The position numbers were made by a program, and so were the translations under genes. Below are positions 63,621 to 64,000 of a stretch of 64,000 nt of DNA, in pieces; position 1 is the first letter of the stretch; each line of letters starts with the position of its first letter. The DNA is taken from contig OZ024755.1 in assembly GCA_964016885.1 (NCBI GenBank), positions 26,474,001-26,538,000 on the forward strand, read 5' to 3'. The DNA comes from Eledone cirrhosa (Eukaryota). The notes under the pieces were generated by a model. The model did no database searches. It was not told where the DNA came from and saw only the letters and a program-made list of their open reading frames with translations.

Positions 63621-64000
63621 TGTTATTGTTGTTTAACATTTTACATTTGTCCAAAAAATTCCGACTCTTATAAACTACCCTGCCCTCAATTTACTCACAG
63701 GACTAACACCTTACTAATATTAGAAGTGGAGAGACACATTGGATGATATTATTCATCATATACACTGACTGTAAAATCATGAACACTATTTTGACTGCTG
63801 CCGAATCAGTGATAGCCTGGATCTAAACATAGTAAAAGAAACAGTATCAGCATCAACAACAAATGCCTTGTACGATTAAATTACATTTCTTTACATTCTC
63901 AGTTCAAATCTTGTTAGAATGAACATTGCCGCCCATTTGCCTAGGATTGATAACTTTAGGGTCTCTTATGTAATGGAGCCATTTGAGACAATTAAACCCG

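Overview
AT-rich eukaryotic intergenic or intronic DNA with no supportable host gene. The repeat content points to an octopus or other cephalopod genome (inference from SINE types and microsatellite load). Nearly all ORF-track entries are translated microsatellites. The window holds many copies of a tRNA-derived SINE, fragments of RTE, CR1/Jockey-like and R4/Dong-like LINEs, and about ten sequence-unrelated families of short, mostly inverted two-armed elements, most of them in (TA)n tracts (my labels A-J). These carry type I hammerhead ribozyme (HHR) folds read by eye and look like Penelope-like element (PLE) pseudo-LTR relics; a GIY-YIG C-terminal fragment at 59581-59693 supports PLE presence. 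The most striking observation is that eight families share a covarying bulged hairpin, RCTC-[stem-loop]-TN-GAGY, in the 3' tail. In the two-armed copies the second, inverted arm stops before this hairpin. All folds and alignments are manual and need computational confirmation.
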